Source of the DNA: Eledone cirrhosa
Lineage: Eukaryota
Length of the DNA stretch: 64,000 nt
Reading direction: 5' to 3'
Assembly: GCA_964016885.1 (NCBI GenBank)
Contig: OZ024741.1
Location: 12,276,001 to 12,340,000, forward strand
Shown here: one piece after another, positions 62,501 to 64,000 of the stretch
Layout: each line of letters begins with the position of its first letter
How positions within the stretch are numbered: the first letter of the stretch is position 1
The notes under the pieces: model-generated
What the model saw: only the letters and a program-made list of their open reading frames with translations
What the model was told of the DNA's origin: nothing
Database searches by the model: none
Position numbers and translations under genes: made by a program

Positions 62501-64000
62501 AGAATGTCTCAGGAGATCAGAGAGTCACTCCAAGTAGAGCTGCTACTTCTCCGAATTGAGAGATCACAGGTCTGATATTAAGGGTACGTGGTTAGAATAT
62601 CTCAGGAGATCAGAGAGTCATTCCAGGTAGATCTGCTACTTCTCCAAATTGAGAGATCACAGCTCTGATATTAAGGGTATGTGGTTAGAATGTCTCAGGA
62701 GATCAGAGAGTCACTCCAGGTAGAGCGGCTACTACTCCGAATTGAGAGATTACAGCTCTGATATTAAGGGTATGTGGTTAGAATGTCTCAGGAGATCAGA
62801 GAGTCACTCCAGGTAGAGCTGCTACTTCTCCGAATTGAGAGATTACAGCTCTGATATTAAGGGTATGTGGTTTGAATGTCTCAGGAGATCAGAGAATCAC
62901 AACAGGTAGAGCTGCTACTCCTCCGATTTGAGATATCACATCTCTGATATTAAGGGTATGTGGTTAGAATGTCTCTGGAGATCAGAGAGTCACTCCAGGT
63001 AGAGCTGCTACTTCTCCGACTTGAGAGATCACAGGCTCTCATATTAAGGGTATGTGGTTAGAATGTCTCAGGAGATCAGAGAGTCACTCCAGATAGAGTG
63101 GCTACTACTCCGAATTGAGAGATTACAGCTCTGATATTAAGGGTATGTGGTTAGAATGTCTCAGGAGATCAGAGAGTCACTCCAGGTAGAGCTGCTACTT
63201 CTCCGAATTGAGAGATCACAGGTCTGATATTAAGGGTCTGTGGTTAGAATGTCTCAGGAGCTCCGAGATTCACTCCAGGTAGAGCTGCTACTTCTCCGAA
63301 TTGAGAGATCACCGCTCTGATATTAAGGGTATGTGGTTAGAATGTCTCAGGAGATCAGAGAGTCATTCCAGGTAAAGCTGCGACTTCTCCGAATTGAGAG
63401 ATCACAGCTCTGATATTAAGGGTATGTGGTTAGAATGTCTCAGGAGATCAGAGAGTCACTCCAGGTAGAGCTGCTACTTTTCCGACTTGAGAGATCACAG
63501 CTCTGATATTAGGGGTATGTGGTTAGAATGTCTCAGGAGATCAGAGAATCACTCCAGGTAGAGCTGCTACTTCTCCGAATTGAGAGATCACAGCTCTGAT
63601 ATTAAGGGTATATTGTTAGAATGTCTCAGGAGATCAGAGAGTCACTCCAGGTAGAGCTGCTACTACACTGAATTGAGAGATCACAGCTCTGATATTAAGG
63701 GTATGTGGTTAAAATGTCTCAGAAGATCAGAGAATCATTCCAGATAGAGCTGCTACTTCTCCGAATTGAGAGATCACAGCTCTGATATTAAGGGTATTTG
63801 GTTAAAATGTCTCAGGAGATCAGAGAATCATTCCAGATAGAGCTGCTACTTCTCTGAATTGAGAGATCACAGCTCTGATATTAAGGGTATGTGGTTAGAA
63901 TGTCTCAGAAGATCAGAGAGTCACTCCAGGTAGAGCTCCTACTACTCCGAATTGAGAGATCACAGCTCTGATCTTAAGGGTATGTGGTTAGAATGTCTCA
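39634..64000. repeat. Tandem duplication of a 142-monomer block (13196 bp); second copy starts ~52830-52871 and runs off the window
   Basis: Offset 13196 = 142x93-10 at 39661/52857, 42315/55511, 45185/58381 and 48241/61437. Offset 13010 after a 186-bp loss near 62640 (49681/62691, 50941/63951). Confidence 0.95.

Larger units (their letters stand above)
1..64000. repeat. Tandem satellite DNA array, 93-bp monomer, ~688 copies, one orientation, extends beyond both window ends
   Basis: ctgctacttc recurs at 1, 94, 187 and the same 93-bp unit continues to the last base. Monomers differ from consensus by a few substitutions and rare indels of 1-8 bp. No non-repeat sequence seen. Confidence 0.99.

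Noticed and set aside
1-64000. Repeat-protein CDS, since 93 bp is exactly 31 codons
   Set aside because: All six frames of the consensus contain a stop in each monomer. The best frame (+2, CYFSELRDHSSDIKGMWLECLRRSESHSR*) ends at TAG 89-91, and frameshifting indels are tolerated.
1-64000. CRISPR array or recombination-cassette array
   Set aside because: There are no unique spacers or cassettes: the entire 93 bp is repeated. No cas or integrase gene and no leader sequence is present.
1-64000. Embedded transposon, inversion or unique island hidden in the array
   Set aside because: Reading through the window, every line fits the forward-strand monomer. The largest departures are an 8-bp duplication and a 7-bp deletion.

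Overview
The whole 64-kb window is one uninterrupted, single-orientation, head-to-tail satellite array of about 688 copies of a 93-bp monomer (45% GC by hand count). The consensus, in phase with base 1, is ctgctacttctccgaattgagagatcacagctctgatattaagggtatgtggttagaatgtctcaggagatcagagagtca(c/t)tccaggtagag. I see no genes, RNA genes, transposon insertions, inversions, CRISPR spacers or unique sequence, and all six frames of the consensus contain stop codons. I cannot assign the satellite to a named family or species. It looks like eukaryotic heterochromatic, possibly centromeric, DNA, but that is inference. The information is in the variants. Tracking diagnostic SNPs and indels shows nested, in-register duplications at offsets of 1, 3, 5, 13, 31, 32, 32/33, 51/52, 74 and 142 monomers, with no single fixed higher-order period. 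It also shows whole-monomer gains and losses between sister copies, a left domain with its own variants, hypermutation of the single CpG, slippage-type indels, and several dyad symmetries in the monomer. I found no evidence for a novel gene-encoded system. All offsets and counts were made by hand.
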